A stretch of 63,769 nt of DNA, filler included, from Reclinomonas americana ATCC 50394 (lineage: Eukaryota), in assembly GCA_048213135.1 (NCBI GenBank). It is 6 parts of 4 records of this genome, joined end to end, with 100 filler letters (N's around TTAATTAATTAA, not from the genome) between each part and the next. Parts side by side here need not be neighbours in the genome. Positions count along the whole stretch, not along the records: positions 1 to 15,891 come from PS015255.1; 5 more parts are not named here. The stretch is one strand, 5' to 3'. The notes beneath the pieces are model-generated. The model searched no databases, was not told the origin of the DNA, and was given only the letters and a program-made list of their open reading frames with translations. Positions 1-11,700 of this stretch are shown in pieces; position 1 is the first letter of the stretch; each line of letters opens with the position of its first letter. A program made the position numbers and the translations under genes.

Positions 1-630
1 CGCCAGGTGTGCGAGAAGTGTCATGTGTTGTCGTCACTGCACATTGTGAGGTGCGCTGTGAGAAGCACAGGAGGATGGCAACGACGCTACACTCACACTC
101 ACACTCGCACGTGCACACACACTGAATCCGTGGGCACCGCTGGGTGGGGCACAACGCGCGTGTTGTGTGCGAGAATACTGGCAAATGATGTGTCCTGTTT
201 CGTTCACCTCCGAATGGAAGGTTCATGCAGCACCAAAGCAATGGCAGATTGAGGCTGTCCTGCCTCTTCTCCCGGGTGCTGCAGTCACAGTGAACGGGGG
301 TTATCACCAGAATTCAAAAAAAAACTGGTGAGTTTTATTGTACTTGTCCGGTTTCATGACGAGAGTTGTCGGTACGCTGCGTCGAGAGCCACGCAGTCAA
401 CGTGTTTGTTATACACTCAATAAATACACACACGTGAGCACAGCAACACCAATCAGCACTCACCCTCTGCATGTCGACAAACAATGTGAGTTCGAACACA
501 AGCAGTGAGTGAGAAAGCGAACAATGTAAGACAACGCGAGGTAGGTCGACCAACCCACTGCGGTGGGTCAAGAAACAGTCAGTCATCTCTGTCTGCAGAG
601 GGAGGGGCAAACAGAAGACGCAACATAAAA

Positions 631-2703
631 CCGAGTCACCAACGCTGTAGGTGGACACTGCCGCGTACTGTTGTCGCAAGCAACTCAGCACACTTACCGC
701 CCTTGCGCGCGCATGCACGCACAACCATCTTACTCACCAATTGTCCAGGCAAGTCGCTGTAACATACTCCCAACGCTTCGCCTGCAAAGCGAGTCACGAA
801 AAGAGCAGGAAAAATGTGTCCGGCCAACTTTATCGCCTCACCGTTCTTGGCAAAGAGCAACTCGCGACTGTCCATGTTGACTGTCATTTCTGTGGGGTTT
901 GCGTTCAGTCGGTGCGTGATCGAGCGAGTGTGTACAGAACACGGAAATGATCAAGAACCAATCACGTCGCCGGTGGAGACTGGCGAGGCGTATGGATTCC
1001 GAGCCCCACCTGTGTGCGTCCGCGAGTCAGAGAACTGAGCAAGGTGACCTGCTGACGACTGCGCATGCAGCACACGCAACTGCGTGCTCGATGGCCCTCC
1101 TTGAACTGCACGAGGCGTGAGATTGAGCGACACAGCGAACACTTGGCACACACGTCTTGCACACACCTCGTAGCACCATCCCTCCGATGACTCCTTCATG
1201 TAGGAGCTCCACGCTGAAAACGTCGCCGTGACAACGCCAATCCCCGGGTACCTTTCATGGTCGATGAGATCAGCACACACACTGCCAGAGTCGAAACACA
1301 GGCACGCATAATTGTGGCGCACCACATGCCCCTGGTGTAGTTGACGACGCGGAAGGTGTAGAGGTGCACACCGCGCTCCATCAGAAAATTGGTCCGGCAT
1401 GTGCCGCCGTTGCCTTGCACAGTCATTATTTTCTTGCCTGCAACCGGAATGGAGGTGAGGTGGTGCGCGGTGTCACGCGCACGAAGCACACAAACCATCT
1501 TCCTGGACTTCAATCCGCTGCGCAATTCACGTAGTCGGTGAGAAAGAACAAGAGTCACATCGATCACTGGCACGAGGCAGACGCACTCGATCAGCCTGGA
1601 AAAACTCAATGTTGCGCTGCGTCATCAGCAACTTCGGCAGCATTTGTCGCAGCTCCTCCGGCAGGGTATTCGCCTTGGGCGACTCCAGTATCGACTGGAG
1701 CTGCTCGCCAACGTGCAACCTCGACACAATCGGGAACCACGAGTCCGGATCGGCAGCGAGAGCATTCACGATGACGCATGCCAACTGCAGTGCCACTGAC
1801 GCGTCCTCGGTGGACAGAGACGAGGAGAGCAGACTCCACAACGAGTTCCACAGCAAGTCTGGCAGATCGGCTGATGAGCACTCCAGCGCACCGACTCTGC
1901 AGGCTGTTCGGAGAGAGTGTGAGATTGCAAAGCAGCACTCCGCGTTGCCGACGTGGCAGACACAGACCGCACAAGGTGTTTCGGAGGGCAGCGGCAAGCG
2001 AGAGTCGTAATGACCGCGGTACTTGCGCACTCACACACTGCTGCACAATGCACGCCAGCTGGCCACTCTCCACCAACCAATCCTGTGCCGCACTGCATCC
2101 TACATGGGAGATGTTGTTGGGCCGGCAGATTGCACACTTAGTGGCAAGCACGCCCGAGCACTCACCAGCCACAGCATTCCGCAACACGCCAGCAGCCAAC
2201 AGAGAGACTTCGAGGCACTCATCGCCCGCACTGCTGCTGGTGTCAAGCGCCAAATGCACCACTTGCCGCAATGCGCCCGGAGCGAGCATCAGCATGTGCT
2301 TGGCTGCTCCGTTCTCTGCGCAACGACGCATGAGCTGTACGGCACACGTGGCGTGGCAAATGCGGGAGGAAGACAACACACTATAGAGCAGAGTGGCAAG
2401 GGCATGCAATGCACGCAGGCGGACTTGATGCGCATGATGGTGACTGGTGAGTGAGACAAGTCGCTGCAGCGCAGCACAGTTGCTCTCGTCAAACTCTGCT
2501 GTCGCGCAAAAGAAGCAGCGCGTCATCGATGAGAGAGAGAGAGAGACAGAGTCGCAGAATGTATGCACAGCACACACATGTGACATGCCTTGTGCATCGC
2601 CACGAGTGCCGTCATCGGTGACTTGCAGTTTGCTGAGTATTGATTCGATGCTGCTGGCCGACGAGGCACAGTCGGCACACGCAGCAGCGAGAGACGACAA
2701 CAT
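631..2703 (-). CDS. Multi-exon helical (ARM-like) repeat protein with C-terminal SPRY/B30.2 domain; 3' end uncertain
   Basis: ATG at 2703. Leu/Ala-rich helical exons are followed by spliced SPRY-type motifs: GVHLYTFRVV, GIGVVT, GWCYE|FKEG, YASPVSTGDVIEMTVNMDSRELLFAKNGE, CYSDLPGQL|YAAVSTYSVGDS. Confidence 0.7.
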
Positions 2704-2761
2704 CGTGTGCACACTCAGTGCAAGTCACGCCAAAGGTGCACAGGACGACCACTTTCGGTGT

Positions 2762-5700
2762 TTATGTGATCTTGTCAAGCATGGATCGGCGGTAGACCTC
2801 ATACAACCGCTTCTGGAGCCACATGAAATCCTTCTGCACACTCGGCAGGTTCCAGGTCCTCGTATACGCCGTGAACGGTGGTGGAGCGAGGCCTACGGCC
2901 AACGCTGACGACGACGATGCATCCTTTTGTCGCTCAAGAACCAGTGCACGTCCCTGTTCATCAGACGTCGCACGTGAGAAACATGCACGCAGCGATGGAA
3001 ACATAGTCGAGATGCTCACCTGCGGGAACCACGAGTGGTCTCGGGCGGCCAACTGCACCACAGAATTCAGTTCACGCACTCCATTGAACGCCTTACTCCA
3101 TCAGACACAAAACCTTCTCGGCCGCATGCCATTCGGCGCCGGAGAACTTGCGTGGGTCGGCGTACCACAAGTGAATGATGAAGAGAATGTAGGAGAGCAC
3201 CACATGATCGTTCTCGCGGTGCCGACGGAACCCGTCGCCCACCCGCTCAAACACCGTGGACTCCAGACCGCAAATGTAGCAGTTGGTGCGCTTGTCGTTG
3301 ACCCGCACTTCACGCTCGGAGCGCAACGCCGAAAACGTGTCGAGGATTTGCGCCAGGAAAATGTTGAGCATCAGCACGGTGATGATGGCCCAGAACACCA
3401 AGTCGAAGAACACCCGGCCCTGCATGCACCCACCACCGCTCAGCATCGCAGAGAGCATCACAGATAAACAGCGACTGACGCACCCCAGCCGTATCCGGTG
3501 AAAACACTTGCTCCCACAGACCCGTGCCTCGGAATCCGTAATTGAGGGTGGCAACAAAGCAACCAAAGAGGCTGCTGCAGAGCCGAGTGTCGCCGACGAC
3601 GAAATCGTTGTTGAAGAAGCTGCCACCGAGAACCACAAACACGTAAGTCACCCAACCAACACGCACAGCAGAAATCCCCTGCGGGCACGCAACAGGAACG
3701 GGAAAAGCGCACTGAGGTAGATGAGGCTCACGGCCAGCGCGCCCTGTGCGATCGTGTGAGACACTGTTGTCTTCGCTCGGCGCAGCCACACTTGCGAACA
3801 CAAACCGTGAGCAACAGCGATGCACGATTGATGGCCACGGCACGGACGATTTGGAATAGCACCGGGAACGCCAGCACAATCTCCAACAAGAGGAACGGGA
3901 AAAACAAGTACGAGATGACGCAGCCGAGAATGGCGAACACAAAGTAGGTCATCTGCCACACCAAGAAAATAGGGTCGTGTCAGTTCCGCCACCAACCCCA
4001 TCACATAGTGTATCAGCACGACCTCAGCTCACCCTGTACCACAAGTATAACTGCGAGGCGCAGCGATAGATAAACTGCCACACGTTGCGCATGTTCCACC
4101 TGATGGTGTGCATCGACTGGAGGCCTTCGAGTCGTGGCTGCCAGCGATCCAGTGCACGCAGCAGCATCGTGTGCTTCATGTCGACCCACAGCACCAAGCC
4201 GCATAACACAGCCACAATAATCGCCAGCACATACAACAGCACAGTCCACGCAGCATGTCGCGTGCCCACCGTACTGCGACGGCGCACAAAATCGTCGTGG
4301 GATGAGAACGAAATGCAGACATGCAGGCAAGTAGGTACAATGGCGCGCGCAACTCGACGCCACCGTCGTCGTCCAGCGAGACAACGACAAAGCTCGCCAG
4401 CAGCGCAATGTTGAGCAGCACCACAAAGGCGAACATGAGTCGCGAAAGGAACGTGTAGTGCCACTGGGCAGTTCGGAAGATCGGTCGGGACTTGGAGATC
4501 CACAGGCGCTGCGCCTCTCGCCACACCAGTGGTGCTGCTGCGATCAGATTCTCGACCTTGTCGCCAGAGGTGGAGATGGGTGCGACCTTCTTCCACTGCT
4601 TGAAGCTCTCGCACTTGACGGAGCGACACTCGATTGGAATCTCGAATATAATCTTCGGCACGAGAGGGAGGAGGTGAGCACACTTCTGTCTTCCCGTGCA
4701 CACGACAGCAGAACACACACACACACACACACACGCACATACCTCCTCAATTCGATCGTCGCGAACGACTTCTACGCGAGCCACTGCGCTGGCAAAGATC
4801 TCCAGACGCTGGGTGCGAGGATCGGCATTGACAAACTCCGGTAATCTGTACATTTCCTCCTGGCGAGCAGTGCACGAGTCAGCCCGCAGCTTAACGAACG
4901 ATACTACCACCGGTACTGCAGCGCAACTCTGGCAGCGGGCGGGAGCAGTCCAATCAAACGAATGTGCAGTTTGTACAAGAGCAGACCGAGTTCCCACAGC
5001 AAGTCCCGAGCCTCCGCCAACAACCGCTCCTCTTCCTTGGAAGGCATCGCGCACTTGAGACAATCCCCATCACTCAGCAGCGAGTGAACGCGCAGCAGCT
5101 TGATGATCTGCAACACGGGGAGGCACCGTAAGCAACACAAAACGGTCGCGCCATGACTCGCATCGACGCACCAAGGGAGCATCGTCGATAAACTCAGCCA
5201 GACGGCGCTCACGGTTGGCGAGCGTCGTCGTGTTTCCCTCCAGCAATGTGAGCAGCATGGTGGCCGCATCGACCTGACACTGCATGTGCAGCCGCGGGCT
5301 CGTGAGCGACGCAAGCGGCAGGTGCAAATGCCGCACAGCCAACAGCAGCAAGTCCGACGTCATCAGCGCATTTTGGTTCGATTCGCAAGGACTGCGCAAT
5401 AAAACAACTGAGCTTCAGCACAGTCGGTGGCTTGCTCGACATGCAGGCCCACAGAAGTACCCTTGCATGACGGCAGTGGCGAAACCAAAGGCCTCCATGA
5501 GAATCCGCGTATCCGCTGTCTCCAAGTGATCTTTGCATGCACGAGTGTCAGTGCGAAAAGTCACTCTCTCTGACTCCTGAAGAACTCCATGGCACACACC
5601 TTCCACCACAATGGCGTAACGCGTTACCTCGTCGATCAAATCGGCGTTCATCCGCCATCCGGCTTGGAATCGCATGAATTCTTGCAGAGCTGCATGAGGT

Positions 5701-8700
5701 GACCGCGGTGAGCTCTCGCGATGACTAACACACACACACACAGCACACGACGCAACGGTGAAAGCGCCCAGCACACAGCACGCGCAAGAATCGAATAATC
5801 TGCAGCGCAAAGCCGCGCTCCTGGAACACGCGCTCGCCGCGATTGACAAACGACGCTGCTGCGGCGTCGCTGACGCCCGTAGTCGAGAGACTCACTGACG
5901 TGGATGACGCGTTGCTGCTGTTGGCCTCACGTCGGCGATTTGTATTCTCGTAGTACTCCTCCGCGGCGATGCGAAGTCGGTGTCGCAGTGTGGCGAACAG
6001 ATATTCGTGCTCCCACGACGACAACTCGCCGCGAAACACCTCCTGCACGCTGCTAATGAGGATGGCATAATGCACAGTCACACAATATGCGCTGCAATGT
6101 ACAAACCTGAGCTCCACGGTTCGCTCCCTCCAGCAGCGCGTAGGCCAGCACAAGCACATCGTGAACTACCTGGTCGGACACGGCGCATGTGATCAATCGA
6201 AAAACCTGCACGGGCAACCGCAGGTCAGGCACCGCGAACAAAAAATTGTCTGCATCGACAACGCTTGCTTGTCCTCTCACCATGTGCGCACATCCCTGCT
6301 CACACAGCATTGTCTGTGCGTCCGGCCCCGACTGCGCCACACTACGCAGTACCGAGATGAAAGTGCAACCTAGCGTATCGAACGCACTTTCCGCCGGCTC
6401 GTCGTCGTGGAATGGCGACACCTTGGAGACCACATTGAGTACGCCACAGATCAAGTCGCAACACGTGGCTGGTCGCTCGCGCAGTAAGTGTACAAGCGAT
6501 GCGCGCTCCTGCTTGCTATGCTGCTCGTGACGCATGCGACTGCGGAAGTACAGGAATTGCTCGCGCCTAGGTGTGCGTTGGTAGTGTGAGGGTGAGAAAT
6601 GTGTGCGAATGTGCGCGTGCGAACGACAGAGAGTAACGCAACAGGAGTTCGTCAGCATCAATGTTGATCTCGGTGACCGAGACCGGCTGTTGCTGTTGTT
6701 GTTGTTGCTGTAATATGCTGCCGGATTCTTGCGCCGGCATGCGAAAAGCAGCTCGACGAAGAAGCGATCCAACACCCAACAGACCGCCGGCGCTATGCAT
6801 GTCGAATTCGTGACGATAGACACGCGCCTTGGAGCGTGCTTGCAGTCGCGCGCCCGTGATGGAGACAATAGTCGGTCGACGGCGCCTTGGTTGAGGCGCA
6901 GACCCTGAGCCGGACGAGCGCGGCTGCGCTAATGGCAATCCACCGCCATTGCCACTACCAAAGGTGGGCGTCGTACCGCCACCGCTACCGCCCAATCCCG
7001 ACGGCAGAGTTGGACGTCGATGGGGGCGTCGAGCCTTGTCAAACATCGAAATCAGCGAGTCAACGGAGCCGGAGGTGCCGGCTTCCGACATGGCCGACAA
7101 CTCGGATAGGTGGTCCACCAGCGAACGAACAATCACCGATTGCTCGCTGCGAGATGTATGCAGTCAACAAGGCTGTGTTGGCAAGAGACGACGTGACACC
7201 TGTGCTAATTCTGCGCAACTCATCCCAGTCGGACTGACGGGTGCCGAGTGCCAAGACGTGCTCGAGGAACGGGATGATGATATTGTAGACGTAGAGTTGC
7301 ATTTCTGCAACGGTTCCCGAGTCCACTGCCGCCTGCTGTGCACCAGGTAGCACAGGCGACTCGCCTTCACCACCATCCATCGACCCCTCACTACACACAG
7401 CACGACACGACGAGTGAGTTATCAGACTGGCGATGTTCAGCCGGTGTCATGATGTACGATACTTCACCTTGGTGCCGACAGCGACAGTACGGGTGCATCA
7501 CGCTGCAGTAATGGGGTGTGCCCACTTGACGACGGTGACATTGCGTCCTCCATCTCCACCTGCGTCACATCCACAACATCCAGCTGATCGAATGAGCCGT
7601 CGTCTCGCATCAGTGGATGCTCCAGGTAGGCCTCGATGTGGCGGTCGACAATCGCAAGGAGGCGCAGCGTGATTTCGGAAGACTGGATCCCCAAGGCCGT
7701 TGGCGGTGGCGTTGTGTGAATGTAGACCTACATGCCATCATCAGCTGTCAGGCCAAGCAGCTCCAGCCAAGATGCACACAGACTCTCTCACAACTACATC
7801 ACCTCATCGATCAAGCGTAAGAGACCCGAACGCACAGCCGTAATGGTCGCCTGCTCCAACAACTCAACGGCATCCTCATATGAGATGACATTCTGGATCA
7901 CCGTGTCCGCCTGCACCGCACACACACACACACACGCACACGCACAGCGTCGTCAGCACACAGATAATGCTGTGTCAGTCGCCGCGTGGAATGCACGAAC
8001 CGAGTGTCCACGACCGGTGGCACACGACGCGAGAAGGTGCACCATGCGAATGTGATACGCCAGTGGGCTGGTTTCGGGATTGGTCAGGTGATCGTTGCAT
8101 GACATCAGTCGCAGCCTGTTGCAGGAGGTTGACGGTGAGTGAGAAATAGCAGCGATGCCCTGCATGTCCCGCAGATGTTGAAATGGCGTACCACTCTTGC
8201 CGCTCCGATGGTTGCGTGAAGAGATGCAGAGCGTCGGTGTGGCGGAATGCGAGCGCCTCAGCAATGAGCCTCTGATTCCGCGGCAGCGGAGCACCACGAC
8301 TCATCACCAAACTCTACGGATACGATTCCAGTCAGGGTAAACACAGAGGCGACTGGGTGCAGGTGCACGACCTGACCTCGAGCAGCGCGAGTCGGGAGCA
8401 GCGTCGTTCGCGCACACACATGACAAGAATCTCGTCGAGGAGGCTCTTGTCGACTCGAAGTGCCAGTCTACTGTTCTCCCTGAACATGGTGGCCACCACA
8501 TCCTCGGCTCCGAGGTTCATTCTAGGCAGAGGGAGAGTATCGGTGAGCACTGGTACGAAAAAAACAACGAATACAAACGCATACCCAATGTACGGCATAA
8601 AGATGGAGAGCCGACGGAAGAGAGCCTCCTGCCGCTTCGACGAACCAGTAATGTACTGTAAAAGCACACAGCGCATACCACGTGAGATCTCCGCTCAAAA

Positions 8701-11700
8701 TCGTCGCCAGCTCCACCCAAAACATCGCCACATGCCTGCGAGAAAATCTCGAACACTGTGCGAAACAGCGCTTGAATGGGGCTGTCGGAGCCGAGGACAG
8801 TCGCCACGTTCTGTGGCCTGCGGCAGCACACGACTTGCAGTGAGCACGCAGCAACACAATTCTTTCGGGCGTGTGCACGCTTGTGAAACGCAACGCCACA
8901 CTGCGCAGAATGGTGAGCAGCGCATCGTCGAGTGCCATGGCTCGAAAAGTCTCGCCGAGCACAGGTGTCGATCCAGTGGAACCGGCCAGCAAAATGTCGC
9001 GCAGCGATCGAGTCAACGTGAGCAGCTGGTTGACGGCACGCTGATCTGCATGCCATCGATCGCTCTTGCCCGACACAGCCTGCAGCAGTGCCGAGTGCGT
9101 ATTCCACAGCGTGTCAAGTGCTGCGACTGCGTTCGGTGAGACCACCAAAATGACGTCGCCAGCGGCGGCGTAGAACGAGTCGAATTTGCGGTGCAGTGCC
9201 ACCAGCGAGGCAAAGGCCTCGGTTTGCAGCTGCCGGTTCGAATACTTGGCAAGGTCGAGCAGCACTGCCACCGCACGAGGAGTCGGCGGCACAATGTTGG
9301 TCTCCTGCGCAGCCACGTGTCACGCACGATAACGGGTGTGATGCTGCCAAAAAGCGCTGCTACTGTTCACCTCAATCCACTGCGGCACGTGCAGCAGCGG
9401 GGTGCTGGACTTAAAGAGTCGAAGCGCACTGGAAACACGCGCGCTCGTCTCCACTTCACAGATCAGTTGGAGGATTCGCAGAGCGACAATCTTGCAATCC
9501 TGCACGGGGTGATGATTAAAACTGAGAGAACCGCGTTGGTTGGAAAGATCACTCTGATTAACCATGATCAACTTGTTGTGTTCGTTTTCTGCAAATCGGA
9601 ACTCTGCCGAGACGATTTCATCTGCAGCATGCATGCATGATTAGAGACACTGGGAATGTGAACATCGCTTCCACCATCACTCACCGGCATACATGCTCAC
9701 TGCAAGTCAACATTCATACAATTAATGACATGTCATTCAACTAGGCGCCTTTGGTGAAAGAGGTGGGTGTGCACGCAACATGTGTACACATCGGTGGCAC
9801 CATCGAGCAAATCCCACAGTGCCGGCAGGATGGCGGTCAGCGGGCGAGCACCAAGAAATCCCTCCATAATGAGAACTCGCAGAAGCTTGAGCAACTGTAC
9901 CGCACGGCACAACACTTGAGTACATGGCAACAGTCTCATGCACGAACATTGAAAAGAGAAAGGGCGTACCGAGTGCACATAGCGTGACCGATCCGGTTCG
10001 TGCCAGTGCAGCACCGTGTACTCACGCTGTGGCGCGGCGGTCAGTTGTTCAATGCAACGCGCGGAGACGTTCACAGAAAAAGACACACACCAGCGTCGAC
10101 AACACTTTGTTGGCCACAGCAACCACAGCGCTCACTAGCTCTCCTTGATCGCCGTCGGCCACTAGTCGAGAGCAGTGCATGTCGAGGTCGTTGGAGCCAG
10201 GCTGGTCATTGTCCACATAGGACCACACTCTGACAGGGTCGACAATCTGTATCGGCTCAAAGGGTTCCCGATCGACGTGGCACACACGCAGAAGAGTCAC
10301 GAAATGCGACCGTATCGAGAAGGGCAGCCGCTCGTCAAATGCTCTGCACCCAACCACCTGTGAGTGAGAGAGAGATCACGCTGCAGGCGATTGAGTTGGA
10401 CGACAACAAACCCGCGCGTGACTTCTTCCATGCCAAGTCCAAACACTGGAGCTAGTACAGGCAAGGCCAACGGATTGCGATCCTGTGCGTGCCGAGTGCA
10501 CACGGTCAGTTGTCCACACAAAGCACCAGCGAGAACACCAGCGATGCAATACTCAACAGCAGCACCGACAGCAAAGAAGTTTAGCGACTCAGTGAAGAAA
10601 GCCACCTCCTCGGCGTTCTTTTCATCCCGCGCCCACGCCACCAGGTTCACACGCTTTTCCAGGCGCATGTCTGGGGTGTAGAAGAGTGCATAAAGCTCGT
10701 TGGCTGCCATCTGCATTCATGCATGTACAAGCAGTCAGTGCCTCAAGGCAGTGCATATGATACAAGTGCGCGGGGCGCACCTCAATTCGCATGTGCTGCC
10801 AGTTGTAGGCCGGTTGGTCAAGAAAGCGGAACATCTCAATCTGGTTGGACACCACTGGCACTCCGTTGCACGTCAACGGCAACAGCTGACCCCGGAATAG
10901 TCTGCTCTCGTGTGAATAATGGAGACAACCAACGAGCGAGCAAGCAAGCAAGCAGCACGTTTCACCTGGCCTGTCGCGTCTCGCCTGCAACTGCTGGCAT
11001 GATGATGTCCAGGCGCGCGTCTGCGAAAAAACGTGCGAGCGTAAACAACACACCAGTCGTGTGTAGCGGAGAGTGTCTCTCACAGGCAACTAACATTTGG
11101 TGGTCAACGAGAGGTCGTCCCGGCAGCTATTTTTTGGTATCCGCATCGCAGTGAGTGCAAGTGCCGCACTGAATGAGTCGCAGTGAGACGCAACGTTTCT
11201 ATCCACACGTCCAGTGCGCCAATCATCAGCGGGAATTGTGAGCGCAAGCGGTCCACTCCGGCTTCACCGACAATACGCTTGTTTCGTTTGTTGTCCTTGA
11301 CCACCTGTCGCAATAGTCTGTCGACAAGAACGGAAGGCAAATGTGGTGAATGAGCCACGCAGTGGGCCGGCAACAGAGAATGGCGGAAGAATGGAAGAAA
11401 GTCACCTGTACACCAAGCGCAATACATACTGCGCCTTGGCGTTCACGGAATCGCGGATGGTCAACCCCGGATATGCTTGCTGTGGAAGGCGAATGATTTG
11501 GAGCAGCACTCGGAGAACCTGCATGGATGAGCAGCAACTTGCACAGTAAGAATGCAACAATCGGGAACGACAAGAAGATGGCGCGGGCCCACCTTCAGAT
11601 CGCGAAGGAGATTCTGGAAGATCTCCACCGGCGGCCCTGCGCAGCAAGACAGAGGAAAACAAATGGTCAGAGAGAGAGACTCAAGGAGTGGTGAGCGGAG

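Noticed and set aside
1-293. Possible 3' end of a plus-strand gene
   Set aside because: Too short and ambiguous to support a call.
631-2703. SPRY gene as a detached part of a ryanodine receptor
   Set aside because: It has its own ATG after the channel's stop, and RyR SPRY domains lie N-terminal to the pore, not downstream.
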